Source of the DNA: Phoronis australis
Lineage: Eukaryota > Animalia > Phoronida
NCBI GenBank assembly: GCA_002633005.1
Contig: NMRA01000134.1
Location: 162,204 to 226,203 of the forward strand
Direction: 5' to 3'
Length of the DNA: 64,000 nt
Position 1 is the first letter of the stretch; each line of letters opens with the position of its first letter. Position numbers and translations under genes: made by a program. The notes below the pieces were generated by a model, which was given only the letters and a program-made list of their open reading frames with translations, was not told the DNA's origin and did not search any database. Shown here piece after piece: positions 1 to 14,300 of this stretch.

Positions 1-2701
1 GCCCCCGTTATGGTATCCTAGGTCCGCCACGGCATTATACACATGTCGGCCTATGTTTAGCAGAGTGACAATGCACTGATGGCGAAAGCAAATTAATTTA
101 GTCAAAATTTAAAATTCAAGCTCATGAGACGGCCATTAAAATTTCTTTCAGTTTCAAAACCTGCATAGGGATATGTCTTGTTCACTGAAAGTGGTTATAA
201 ACCTTTGTACCATTGAAGAAATTTTCTTTTGGTTTGATAACTTACCTCTATGAAATTGTTCTCAATTTGCTCCTTACTTTGATGAGAAGTGATTTTTGAT
301 CTTCAAAACAACTGACGATTCATTGTTGTTCAAAAACAAGTTGAAGGAATAAAATGACCCACCGTGACATGTCAACTTGGAGGGCCTGATCTCAATCAAT
401 GATAAACTGTCAGTTCTTGTCACTCCCAGGAATCACACTTGTCTTGACTGAGGAACACTTTGAGACCAATTTCATCTAAATCAAAAGTTCGTTTTTGTGC
501 TGGATGGTAGACTGATAGGGATGTACTTGTCTTTTAGTGATCTATGAGAAAAGTTTTCTCAGAATTTTGTAAAACTGTAATTGTGCAAGTAGTACTTGTT
601 GTGTAAATGTATCCATTTGGGAATAAACAGGAGAAATGTATGTTCTTTTATTCGGAAAACTTCCTGCAAAATCAGCACTCCTTTTAAAGCTCCATACAAG
701 GTCTTGGGGTGGTTTGGGGCGGAACTCTTTTGTTTTGTTTTATTTTTTTAATACTACAAGTTAGCGTTCCTAATTTAATACAAATGATTAAACCATGTAC
801 CAAATACCAGTAAGTCAAAAAACAATAGCCAATAGTCGCTTCAAGAAACGGGCCTCTGCTCTAGCTTATAATTTCAAATCTTACTTTAAAATGTTGGTCA
901 TTTTTTTCGTTTTACTTGGTTGGTGATATTATGGTTTAAGCAGATGAGTATCCAATTCGAGTTCGCACTTGATGACATCGAGATTCGAATTACAAAATTG
1001 CAAGAAATTCGAGATTTCCGGAGTGAAAACTTGATGCTGGGAGCAACACAATCATCCACAATATATGCAAGCACAGACATGTAACAACAATTTTGAGTAG
1101 GTAGTTTATTAGAACGGAAAGTGACAAAAATATTTTCGAGTAAAAAGATTAGACCTCGGGCCATGGAAACGTAACCTAATTAATAACGTTGGTTTTATGT
1201 CCAAAATCTACTTCCGATCGCTTTCTACTTTCAGAAAATGTATGAATTATAAATATTTAGAGATGTGTGGCAAATTACGTACACTTGGTCATAAAAGTTA
1301 ACGTGTCTTGTAAACACCAACAGAGGCGTCTCTCCGAGAATCCAGGCGTCGTATGCTGAGGAGCTTAGGAGTCTGCTTCTATGCTCAATCACTCTTGTGT
1401 TGTTACAGCGCTACTGGGATTGGATATTTTATATTGGGCTCCAGAGTAATTAACCCCTATGTTTGTGCTTTGAAATCCAAATTTGGAGTCGAACCGTCAG
1501 CATCTATGCTTGCGAATGCTTTTATGTGATATCGAAGATTTGAAAGGTTGCCTAAGTATCTTGCTTGGTACAAAAGAGTTTTGTCCGGTGTCCCTTTCAG
1601 TGTAGTTAATCCCAAAATCAAACATCAAATTAAAGTCCCTCATGTTTGAGTCCCTTTCGAATTGCATGTTGACTTTTCCTCACACATATACAGTCCTGTG
1701 GACGTAGTAACTGGCATGTTGACTAATCCTTGCATATACATAGTCCTTTACATGTACGTAGTGAATGTTTTAGTCTCGAGACACGGGAAGTATGCAACGG
1801 AAAGGATTCCACTCGTTAGTTCTTTAGCTGACCACAATCATACTAACTTACAATTTCAAGCTTCAATGCGACTTGACTGAGTGGTTTAAATCTTCAGGAC
1901 GTCTAAGGACACTGACAAACGTGGCCTAAAAAGGTAAGTGAACAATGATAAAATGTTAGTTTCCTATTAAATTTTCTCACAGAAATACACAAAACTTGGA
2001 AATCCCCTATACTGTTGTGATCAAATACATTCAACCTAATTTCGTGTTAGGCTGGTGTCCTGTTAAAGTCATATGATCCGTTTGTAGACGTTTTAAAAAC
2101 ATCGTGAATCTGCATAAAAACCATTGAAACATAATCTCTGACACTTAATTAGAATTTTTCGTTAAGTATGGTAAAATTCAGTGATGGAGTCAGCAGTACT
2201 CAGTACGGTGATGCCACATCGCCACTTCTTGCAATCCAGGTGTCATGGGATTGAGTAGATGAGCTTCCAGCCAGATGAGGAAGCATAATTTAAAAGCAAG
2301 TAAGCGCTATAACATCCCACTGAAAATCCCTCTACCTAAATAGAAACAAATTTGGCATGATAAGCACTTGTTAATTGTCAAAAAGCTTTTCCAGTTGACA
2401 AGATTGTGTGAAACGGCGCTGAGTGACGCATCATGTTGTAGGTCTGGGCCTTCTTCTGCACGGCGGTCGATTGCAAATGACAGTTTTCGTTCATAATTTC
2501 TTTCCGACTACCATCTTTCTTATGTAAGCTACATACTTATTAAGGGTAAGTGCCCGTCAGATTTGAAAAGACTACTTAATTGACCAATTTCGAAGTCGTA
2601 TTATCCTCAAATTAAGTGATTGAATTGATTTACAGGTGCCTGCATATGTGAAAGGAAAATTTGATTATCGAGAGGTTTCTTGAGAAAACAGAAAAATTAA
2701 T

Positions 2702-3655
2702 ATGGAAGATAGTGAAAGTGAATATGACAGTGATTATAAAGAGTTTATTGAAGGTAATTTTAATTATTTTTTAATTTAAATTGCTTCTATGCATTCTCTG
2801 TACAATGCCGACGTGGTATTGCTGTGAATTTCTTTGAAGCTTCGCTTTATCGTCGACAGGGCAAAGAAATGTGTTCATCCTTTCACGACAGTGATCAGGA
2901 AAGTAAATTACCGGGTATTGTGCACTTTTTTCTTATTGTTGGAAATAATTGAGTTGTATTTCGAGGCAATGTCATTATCCATGAGGCTGTTAGTATGCAA
3001 TATATTCACTTTTACCCAGGTCACGTAGTTTTTCAGACCCCATAATGTGATGATGAGCTTTCCTCTTTGACCACTGAACTTGTGGACACTATGGAATTAC
3101 CGTGTGTTCAAAGCTTCAACCGCATATTTCACGGCTTCCTCACAACTCAGGAAGGAAACAGCGTGCTCATGTCTGTGCACCCGAATTGCCGCGAGTCATA
3201 TTTTGTTAGCCACACAGGAATTTCCGTTGATTTTACTGTATTTGAATATTTCAGAACTTGATCAAAAGTTGTCTTCAATTACCGTTGGTGAAAATTTTGA
3301 AAGGTACCTCGATCCGCGCTTCGTTGATCCTGAACTGAGAATGTCACCAAATTGTGAACAACATGAGGACTGGATGAAGAACGCTCAGGACGAGATCAAT
3401 CAGAGACAAAACGACTTTGAAATGTGGAGGGAAGGATTTAGAATGCGTAAACGAGATGCTCGGCGTAGATGGGACAAATTAAAACTAGGCAAAGCCAAAA
3501 ACGATTTGTCAAAACTGACGAAGGATGCTAAAAATCTTCAGTCTATGGGTCAAAGAAAAACAAAGGAAATTAGAAAGACTATGAACTCCAATTTATTACA
3601 AGTCCAACGGAGTACTAAAGGAAAAAAGACTAAGACTCGGATAAAAGAAAGTTGA
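2702..3655 (+). CDS. Putative two-coding-exon orphan gene (2702-2753 + 3255-3655), ~150 aa, acidic N-terminus and basic, probably helical C-terminus
   Basis: ATG at 2702 gives MEDSESEYDSDYKEFIE, then a phase-1 donor AAG|GTAATT at 2753/2754. Acceptor TTTCAG|AA at 3254/3255 restores the frame of ORF 3080..3655 (ELDQKLSS...RIKES*). A possible 5'UTR intron lies at 2546 (GTAAGT) to 2635 (TTTACAG). No known domain recognised. Confidence 0.45.
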
Positions 3656-4504
3656 ATTTATGTTTGTCTATCTACATTTGTTAGTTATCAATTAGAATTT
3701 TAATGAAGTTTAGGTTATCGAATGATTCCATCTTAGCACGTTATAGTGCACATTGTGTTTTTCGTCAGCGGCGGCCATTTTACTGAAAGAATCTCCGAAA
3801 TAAGCTACCAACCGAAGTAACTGGCTCAGTTAGTTAAAGCAAAAAAATTATCAAGAAGTTATTCAAGCTGACATGTTGTGGGCGGAAAGCTGACAGGCCT
3901 ACGGGTACTGCCCTTCAAGATAAGTTATTTTTACTACCTTGCACTATTTTAGTGGAATCTTTCACTGTTCCCGACAAGGTAACAAAATTATAGAAAATTT
4001 AACGTGGCTTCCGCAAACTTAGACAACCTCCTTCGACCGGAAGAAAAGTCTTTGAAGAAGCACAGACGCAGACACAGTGGTCACTAACCATGGATAACGG
4101 CTCGTGAACAACGTTCGAAATANCCGGTGCCCGTGGATTTGCGGCCTGGCAAGTAACTTTTAAAAGTTAACTTGGCACCCGGGGGCCAGTAAGTTTTCAA
4201 ACTGGCCCGGCGGCCAGCACATTTATTTGCTGATGTTCGAACACTGGCTCGCGAAAGGATCATACCAGCCGCTGATGTCACATACAACATGTGGACCCGT
4301 CTGCTTTGTGCCGAGAAAGTTTCAGCAGATTCAACAATGTTAGTGCAGTTGATCGAGCCTTTTTAGTCTCCAATGCCAAGCTGCACGAAACAGGCCCAAG
4401 CAGGGACTTAACTATGTGCCCTAAATTTTCAGCGCACTCGTAAACTTTGTTTACTCACTAATGCTATATGAGCGCGCTCATTCGATACACTAGTCAATAT
4501 TCGG

Positions 4505-4529
4505 TATATATATATATATATATATATAT

Positions 4530-4565
<36 letters not shown>
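4505..4565. repeat. Compound (TA)n(TG)n microsatellite
   Basis: Directly visible; ends at a single-N join at 4566. Confidence 0.95.
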
Positions 4566-5235
4566 NATCAGATGTCATCTATGACACCGTGCAAAAGTTA
4601 GAGTTGTATGGAAGTAGTGCTGATATATTTTACACTAGATTTTATTTTGTTACTTGATCTCTTATGATTATTTTCACATGTGTTGAAATTCAGTTATTCC
4701 TCGTGGTAGAAATTTGTAACATTTGCATTTTTTGTATTCATTTATGATGTTCATTTCGTGCTAAGTGATGTTGCTGTTTTCACAACAGTCTCTTATTGCA
4801 TGCAAACACGTCATATGAACTGGCTAAATCTTCCATTCTAGTAATTTACTATTTAAATCTGAACACTGCTATTTAAAGCAGCATTGGTGGCATTTCGTAT
4901 GTTTATCGTTATAAAAAATAAAGTTTTGAATAAAAATTACTCATTTGTTTTTTTTTTTCTGGCTACTATATGAACTCCTGTTTTTTGTTGCTGGAAAGTC
5001 CATTCCATATTATTTACTTGTACATTTACCAGCGCAATCCGTTTTGAAACCAAACTTTACACTACATAACTGGATTTAGGCTTCCCTTTCGCACACGATA
5101 AAAATGGCATTGACATGTCGTTTTCAGTTCCTGAAATCCTTAGCCATTTCTGATACCTACTACCGATTCAGGAATGATAAAATTTCGTTCCATATTATTT
5201 ATCTGTACACGCACAATCTGTTTTGAAACCAAACA

Positions 5236-5363
5236 CAGGGGCAGATCCAGGTTTTATTTAAAAAAGGGGTCCAAGTCAACAATTCGAAAATTCTAGATTT
5301 TACATATTTAAAATCAAGGGAAAAAGGGATCCGAAACTCTTTGACCCCCCTGGATCCGCCTAT
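5236..5363. mobile_element. Short non-autonomous element with CAGGGGCRGATCCAG...GGATCCGCC termini; related copies at 32085-32246, 36337-36498, 16296-16425 (partial) and probably 1-31
   Basis: Terminal inverted motif. The 5236 and 32085 copies share an internal GGTCCAAGT.AACAATT.GAAA.TTCTAGATTT core. The 16296 and 36337 copies share CCCCGAACTGCCAAATGGAATCTGGGAGAATTT. Confidence 0.7.
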
Positions 5364-5872
5364 CAATCCTTGACGGTACGCTGCATAGATGGATATAGGG
5401 GGTCCGGGGGGCCCGGGCTCTCTCATCCTGCACACAATAAAAATAGGGCTGACCTTTCGTTTTCAGGGATCTCATGAGGGTTGTCCTACAAAAATTGACG
5501 TCATGCCCCTCGCAAGGCTATTATGAAGGTTTATCCTTCAGAAACTGAGGTCGGGGCCCCCATCATCTTAACTCAACGGATCCGTCTATTGGTACGAGTT
5601 CTTTTTTTTAATAAATGTGATACCTTCAACACAGCATAAATTAAAAACAGCAATATAATGTTAAAAAGATCTAGTACAACCTTAACCTAGCAGCATCTCA
5701 TGAAGTGCTCTATGTGCAATAATTTCAGAATTCATTTTTTAGCAAAATACATGACCGGCTGCTTCTTGTTGCACTCCTAGGAATGAACATAATCATTCCG
5801 GGATAAATCTTCCTCATTAGGGCTTGCAAATCGTACTACAGACCACGAAACTTTAAGTGACTGCTTTTTACA

Positions 5873-6052
5873 TTTCTGGCCGCAAACCCGTTTTCAACAC
5901 CCTGTTGGACACTGGTTTTTTCAGAAAATTCGTTCGAAAACAGCATTTGTGATATCTAGGTCACACTGTTTGTGACCTCCGCTATCGGCAAACAAGGGAA
6001 CTGAATTATGCTCTCCACAGATTTGATTTGAAAATGGGTTTGGGCTCAAAAA
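5873..6052. mobile_element. MITE-like imperfect inverted repeat
   Basis: CAAACCCGTTTTCAA (~5883) is inverted relative to TTGAAAATGGGTTTG (~6028). Confidence 0.4.
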
Positions 6053-7080
6053 TTGCCTTCCAGGCGATTGGCTGTGTACCATCAACATGGGCAAACTTCA
6101 AACTTCAATGGACACAGAAAAATCATCACCAATCTTTCCAATATTCAGCATAATGAATCCTTAGATCTATGTTTTTCTCGCTAGCTATCGGTAAATTGCA
6201 GAGTTGTCTCCCCTAAATCAAAATTCCTCGGAAAACCCCTTCTGCGCATGCGCACTGCCCATGTCAGATATTTCTGGCGTTGCAATTGTGCTGTGAAAAT
6301 AAAAAGCAACACAAACACGGCCTTTACGGAATCATCCAAAGTCTCGCACATTTCGGTCACTTCTAATGTACGAGAATCACCCGCGACTGCTTCGTCAGCA
6401 TTACTTTATCAACATTCTTATAATCTGCCAATCCAGGTTCGATGCGCCCTCATCCATGAAACACTGAGTAATACGGATTGTTTTTTTAAATCGCACGCGA
6501 ATGAAGCTCGACTTGACCGGTACAAAACCGGAGATGTGTTTACACTCATTTTAGCATTAATTGTCGGACCACCAAACTCTTTGTTAGTTCGAGATTAAGT
6601 CATTGAAAAATTCCAAAACTAACAAAATGCACACGATCTCGAGAACACACGGGATAGCCACCAACTGGGGAATCCTGTTAAGAGTCGCCGCAGATGGAAA
6701 GCAGCGAGCTCACCTGCGTGCCTCAAGTGAACGATAAATGAGCTGACAGCCCACGCCTAGGCGAGTTCCTGAAATTGTCGCCATTTTCACACCAGGACAC
6801 GAGTAGTCTCCTCAGCTACCGTTCATTAATTTAAGCAGGTAGCTCAGCTCGCCGACTTGGCCCTTTTACACCAGTTTCGCAGTACAGGATTTGTTCCAAC
6901 AAGTGTCCATTTACCCCTTCTCAATGATGCGGATTCAGTTGAACCAATATTCCAGGGTCCTGGAGACTTAGCCTCAGAAGTATTAAGTTGCCCCTTACCA
7001 TCTGTTTGTTAACAATAGGTACAGCCAACTTCTACTACTTGGAAGAAACTGACAAGCAAAGTCACAAGGTAATCAACAAG

Positions 7081-7086
7081 TTTATT
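7081..7086 (-). promoter_or_regulatory. Candidate polyadenylation signal (AATAAA) of the SDR gene
   Basis: TTTATT on the plus strand about 1.17 kb downstream of the stop at 8250; the assignment is inferred. Confidence 0.35.
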
Positions 7087-8249
7087 TGAAATAAAGAGTG
7101 TCGAGTATATAGACATATATTCATAAGTACACATCAATCTGAGAGAACACAACATCTAGTGATCAATAATTGCACACTGGCAGTCATCAATTCCATAAAT
7201 TAAACTAGCACTCCACAAGGAACTGCCACCTACCATCCTATGGCGAGCATCACTCAGAAATCTTGGTTGGCAAAAACGTGTGGGTGGAACCAGTGTTTAA
7301 CACACAGTATGCTTTTCAAGCGTTATGGGCAATCACAAGGGTATTTTTTCACCATAGCTTTAACTCAATTTTCTGAGGAAGCATTACTTTTTTTTCACCA
7401 TAGCCACTCCATTTTCTGAGGAAGCATTAAATATCTCAATTAACAATATTGATCTGGGTGAAATATCTCATTTTCCCTGCATCTGTTAAATAATGTAAAA
7501 TAAACTACACATCATAAAAATTGTAACAATCATTTCAATAAATCATTTTAAAGCTTCAACTCAACTCTGAGCATTTCACTCCATTACTGTCACCTTTTCA
7601 GGTCTTTTCCTTTCACAAGTTTCCAACAGAGCATTCTGGGAAGACTTGTCCTCAAAAGTATCTAATGCTTCTTACACTCATCAACAACTGGTCTGGTTCA
7701 GGAAAAAACACTTATTAACAAAGAACTAGAGTTTTACCAATAACATAAATGAAGACAGTTGTGTCCAGTTCATTCTAAGAAGTTATATCAATGGCACAAT
7801 CCACACCTCAGAAGCCCTTTTGACAAACAGTTATAGCCATAGCTTGAAATTAGTCAGCTGATTCATTTAACAAGTTGAACAGTGGACATTAATTATTTCA
7901 AAAAACGAAACTTAGTCTTCAAGTTCTTCAAAACTTTACAGTGACTGAGCAAAGAGCCACCAAACTTGGCTGCAAGATCCACTCAAAAAGCGACCAATCA
8001 TATCGCTTGGAAGTTTGAAGTTTACTTGAAATATGCTGAGATTGGTCAATTTTTGAGTTGCGTTTTTGAGCCTTGGTTGACCAAGGGTCACATAACCAGG
8101 TAAACAAAAACACAACTTTTTATCAAAATGAAACCACTTGAGGCATAGCTGGAAAGTTGGGCCCGGGGTACAAGACTACAGGACTTCCTGCTTGGTCACT
8201 GCTCATAAATGTCATGAGGCAATACTAGACAACAAACATTTAAAGGTAT

Positions 8250-8355
8250 CTAGGCCTCGGCAGGCAGACCCGTCCACTCCAGGCTCAACCTCCACAATTT
8301 CTCTGCGTCCTCTTCATTTCGAGCCAGCTGAGTGGGTTGTCTCACTTTACAGTCC
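8250..8355 (-). CDS. SDR exon 6 ([34 protein letters not shown])
   Basis: TTTACAG| acceptor; typical RDH-family C-terminus; TAG stop. Confidence 0.92.
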
Positions 8356-11300
8356 CTGTAAAGACAAACACTCCAAACTACCAAAGTTTTCATACCAGCA
8401 AGCTACTTTAAATCTTTATTTGACCTTGTTGTTAATTCATCAAGCCAACAGTTGCATAGCATGACCCAGCCAGTTATTCTCTCAGTTATGAAAAATTACA
8501 ATTTTTTCCCTTGTCACACTTTGTCTGTGGAATTACGTGACTAGACTTACTAGCAGTCAGATTGACCCCTATGGGTTGACCTCTATGGATTAAATCAACA
8601 TTGAGTGAACATGCAGATAATACAATAGGTTTGTGAAGTGTTGAAATGCACCCATGTCAGGACTGCAGGGCTACTCAAAACATGCCTCGCAGCTTTCCAC
8701 GCCTAGGTTAGAAAAAAATTTCACCCCAAACACACTATTCTGGGCATTGGCAAATACATCAGCAAATAGTGTGAAAGACCATCAGTTATGACAAGGCTGG
8801 CCAACTCATCTTAGTTTGGGCCAGTCGACATTAATCTCGAGTAATGCTTTAATTTGTTTTCATAGTAAAAAACAAATGTTATCATAGCAAGAAACAGTTT
8901 GTTGGAGTAAGTCAACCTATTGATTTCCATGAGCAGAATGTAGGCAGCGAAGGAATGGTCTTTAAGCAGAAGTCAATGAAAGGATGGAATATCAGACTCC
9001 ATGGAACCTCGTAACATTACACAGCAGTATCAGACTCCATGGAACCTCATAGCATTACACAGCAGTATCAGACTCCATGGAACCTCATAGCATTACACAG
9101 CAGTATCAGAACGCTGGCACACCCATCTACCTGTCCCACTTCAAAAATAGACATTTAACATAAGTTGAATGAAATAAAGGTTTTCGTGTTGAAATATCAC
9201 AAGTGCATGAACTGTAGACCATGCCCTGAATGCATGAATTTTGATACAAGGCTTCAATTTTAAGTGGAAATACCGTCAGAAGATTTCCCACTTGCACCAG
9301 TTACATCGCAGCAAAATTATGATCTTGAATATGAGGTTAAAGTCATCAAATTTGTCTGGGGTTGGATTCACCTACACCGTGGTGGAAAATATGAACAAAC
9401 TTTGACAGAAGTTATTATGAACTTACTGAAAGTAGCTTCCTGTGTCTTTGACAACGTCAGGGGAAATGGAGCAGAAGATCTGTGTCTCTGCCCCCCTCTC
9501 TACGGACTTGGAGAATAGGCGGATAAAAAACGTGAGAATGGAACTTGTATGCTGCACTAAGTTTGTCTTTACGACACCAGGATGAACAGCATATGTTGTC
9601 ACTTCAGTTCCTAATAGACAAAACAAAAAGGTACATTAGCCACTAGCACCACCAGGTGATAAGATCCATAACTATCCTATTTGTTAAGCTTGCATTGAAC
9701 ACCAGTAATAGGTACATGGCCAGTGTCTAAGGTAAAAGTAAGCCTGGGGATGGTTGAACACTCTCACCTGGTATGCATAAGAGAATGAGTTGCTAATAAG
9801 CACGAGGAACACAGAGGCCGACTGGAGCGGGCACTAAAGTCTTACATATTACTATCACCTAAAATGCAAACTTTGTCTTCATTCTAACAAAAAATTTCAC
9901 CATATCCTAACATTTATGCAGCATAGTAGTGAATAAAAATGTTTAAAATTTGAAACACTTCCTATAGACAGATGGTTCACTTGGTGGTTTGACAAACATT
10001 AGGGCTTCGTATTGAGGCTCAAGATTTGATCGACAGGATGCATATCATAAACAAAGTGGGCGTGTTCAAAAAGCACTGATTTTCATATGTATTTGTAGAA
10101 TTTATTTAAAATCCTTGCATACTTCATTGATTGCATTGCCCATATTTTTAAAATGGCATTTTTTGAGAAATAGGGGTTTATGTGACCTTAAATGTGAAAG
10201 TGGTTGTTCTTTGAATACATCATCCTGGCAGCGTCCTCCTCCTGTTGACAAATTTGGAGAAAATAAATAAATAACACAGTGCTCTTGCACAAACATGTTT
10301 TGACAAGACTTGACCATCAGCAGTCTCTCAAGGGCTGAATCATTCAGAAATTCCCAGTAAATGTACTTCAGAACTCTTGATAGTTGTGTCATTACCTTGC
10401 AGTCTCTTGTTCAAGGCCTTGGTAAACAGAATATTTGCCAACTTGCTCTGTCCATACGCCGTCCATCCACCGTATCCTCCCTTCTCGTACTGAAGGTCAT
10501 CCCAATTCATCTTACCCACTGAAGTAGTGAGAACAATCTTATTAGTAAAATGCTTAATTAAAGATAGACTTCTTTATTACTTCAAAGATATACTACCATG
10601 GATAAACACTCAAAAATTAACACGCTGTAGAGTTGCAAGAGGTAAGACGTAACTATATTGCAAGTACAAGTACTAGGTGGAGTTTAAACACAACTGGATT
10701 ATGTGAACATTGAAAACCTTTGAAATCTGGCACTTCTTCGTTTTCTGCTGAAGACAGTGTCTACAGATGACATAGAAGATGTACATTTCTCAGACAAATG
10801 GGGGCCTTTGACACATTCTTTTCTCAATCGCTTTTGAACTCCTCAACTTCAAAAACAAGAGCAACGCGGAGCATTGAAATGTGCTCACAAATGCACTGCA
10901 CATGGTGTGCTTCTAGGGATGTTTATTTGTAACATAAAAAGACGGCACAAAATACGTTGAATCCATCCGAAAATGGGAACATGCCATCATTTCTTTAATA
11001 AAAAGCTATTTACCAAATTTCGTAAAAATCTGTCAATGGAAAAAAATGAAATTGCCACTACCGGTCACAGCGTTCGTCGGATCCATCTGAAAGTCGTCGT
11101 CATCTGTAGTTAATTTCATATGAATACACTTACTACATATAATAAAGATTCTGCAGTGGTTTTAGGAGATACAGCTATGAGCACACAACAAAATAAAGCT
11201 GCCACTAGGAGGTGCCAATGTAGTCAAAGTCGTCATCGTCAATCGTTGTCTTCACACTGAGAACATGTATGCCAATTTTCAAAATCTTCCTTAGAATGGT

Positions 11301-14300
11301 TTGGTTGATTAAGGGGCGGACACCAAAAAACAGACTCAAAAACAGCAAAAATGCCCCCTAGGTGGTGCAAAATACATTGAATCCATCTGAAAACGAGAGG
11401 ATAGAGTAACCTCGATAACAGATGCCTACATGCAAATTTTTATGAAAATCCATTGAGGACCTTTGAAGATACAGAGGTAAATGTAAAAAACTAAAATTGC
11501 CAGTAGGGGGCACACTGGTAGTAGGATCCACCTGAAAGTTTGCTCATGCCGTCCCACCTATGAAAGGAACACACATGCAAAATTTCGTGAACATACATCA
11601 AAGGGTTTTGGACAGACGCATGTCACCGACCGGACACCGATGACGGCATAATATGTCCACAATAAATATGTGGGCGCATAACACTCACTAGGCAGTACTG
11701 CAAAGCAATGCTATTCACTTACTTTCATGCGCTGAAGAGGAAAGATTAACAATTCTGCTGGGCGCTGACTTTTTCACCAAATCCAGGAGAAGATGTGTCA
11801 ATAAGAAGTGTCCTACATGATTCACTCCAAGTTGCATCTCAAACCCATCCTCTGTTAACTTTCTCTCAGGTATATTCATCACACCTGTGGAAAATAATAC
11901 AAATATGCATCATACCGCTCACGTGGGGCTCCAAATTATGTAACGCACATCACATTACAACAAGCAGTTTGACATTCACTAGGTGGCAGCAGTGAAAAAG
12001 ACGTTTGGACAGTATTAACTCAGGGACTCATTAAAGGATCTTCAGTAAGCTGATGAAAACAACTTTCTATACTCAACTCACTTAGATAGCACAGTATTAG
12101 TGACGCCACCTAGTGAGTTACAAAGTTGCTGTTGTCATGGCAACAATCAATGTTCTGAGACTTAAGGGGGTGTGCTACAGTTTACGAGAATGTAAGTAGT
12201 AATTGGCTTAGACTCTCATTCTAAGGTGTTATAAGTTTAGTAATACATTACTAACTTAAAACACATTTGAATATGATTTTTTAAAAATAACATACCGGTA
12301 TTATTCAATTTCCAAAATGTTGATTTTTGTGCTAACACAATTAACATCAGTCACGCTCTCATTTGCTTTGTCCATTCTTCAAAGGGTTTCACAATAACTG
12401 TCAACAGGGTGCAAACCACAAGCTACAACTGACTGAAAATGGGCCGTTTTCTCCTGAACAAAAAAAAAACTACCTAATTTCACAATTTACCGTAATCAAC
12501 AAACTTGGAAAAAAATGAGGCAGAAACAAAAAAACAACACAAACACACACACAAAAAAGGAGCTGTCATAATAGCTTTAACAGCGCGAAAACCACCCTGG
12601 CTAGGCAAATGGCCAAAAATCAACATTGGGGTTTCTGTCAGTTCAAGGAATGCAATTATCAAATTTGATGATGGTCATTTTATTTGCACACATGGCGTGA
12701 TCCTTCCAGGCAGATGTTTATTGATTGTCTAGACACCTCAAGTGCAGCAAAGTTTACACAACTCTATCTGGACTATGGCAGAATCGCATTGATATCTAAC
12801 AGGACTACTATAGTGTTGTATTGATAACTGACTGGACTGTAGCAGAATTGCATTAATAATTGACTGAACTACTGCAGTGTTGTATTGAAAATTCACTGGA
12901 CTACTGAAGAGTACCATTGATAACTGACTGGACTGTAGCAGAAATACATTGATAACTGACTGGACTATTGCTGAGTTGCATTGGTAACTGACTGGACTAT
13001 TGCAGAATACCACTGACAACTAACTGGACTACTGCTGTGTTGTATTGAACACTGACTAAACTGTAGCAGAATTGCATTGAAAACTGACTTGACTACTGCA
13101 GAGTACCATTGATACCTGATTGGATTAATGCAGAATTGCATTGATATCTAGCTCAGTAGACTATTGCAGTGTTGGGGCAATTCCACTTATGACGGACGTA
13201 CAATCACAAAACATTTTTATCAATTGTGAAAAAATGCTAATTAACGGGAAAATAATTAATACATCAATTGTTAGGTTTTATCGATAGCTTTCAAAGCATG
13301 TACTAGTATCAACTTTTCTCCTATCTATTTACCTGACTGAGAAAATTGCCTTTAAAGGTGTATGACGGACGTACACAGAGAATTTGAATGTTCTCTAGAA
13401 ATTTAACTTTTCAATATATTTGATTAAAGATATAAAACAAACTCCTAAAATCCTCACTGCCCTTCGAAGATGGCAAGCAATATAGATGGGAATGAGAGTG
13501 ATGACCATTTTTTATTAACACGTGTTGGTTATCAAGAAAATTGTTTTTATGCGTTACGTAGAATACTAATTCCAAACTAATAAGTGAATGTAACTGTCAA
13601 AACATAAAATGTGAAATAAAGTTTAAAACATTACTAACAATTATTGTAATAAGAATGCATTTTAATTATTTGTTTTTTAAATTAGGACTTGTCCTCAGCT
13701 TGTACAAACTTATTCTCTGGGCCATGTTGTTCATGGTTCTGATGTAGTGAAGGTAATGTTTTGAAAGTATTAGTAACAGTACTTCAATATCTTCTTATAA
13801 CAAAGTGTGAAGCAGACAGTTGGTTCAGCATGGTTTAGTTGACAGCAGCAACTTATGGCATTCATATTTTGATTCAAAACACCATGCTGTCTTCCAGTGT
13901 GATAACAAGACATTAAATTACATTATATTTAGGATTATGATTTAGGAATATGTGGAGCTAATAAACTTATCACATGCTGGTGTTTATTTAGTGATCAGCA
14001 TGCTTAGCTTTTCATCCAGATTTTTAACTCATGCCTTCTTTTCAATTTTAAAGAGAGGCACTAAATAATGTCACGTCACGGTTCACGCGGGTAAAATTAT
14101 GAATTTCCACAGTGACATTTTTAGAGTCAGAGAATATTCCGGCACACATTTAATATTCTTCTCGCTAGTGCATCCTGTTCTTCCCGTGGTCTCCAACAAT
14201 TTCCTCTTTCATTTCTAAACACCGATTTAACCTGCTCAAAGCTCAACAGAAAAAAAATTAATCTTATTCTTAAAAAGATTGTGAGATCAAAGTTCTTGTT

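Noticed and set aside
249-1084. Open stretches at ~249-535 (-) and 944-1084 (+)
   Set aside because: No recognisable motifs or consistent splice model.
12738-13019. Repetitive 93-aa ORF (also 15310..15534 and 47556..47843)
   Set aside because: These are translations of minisatellites.
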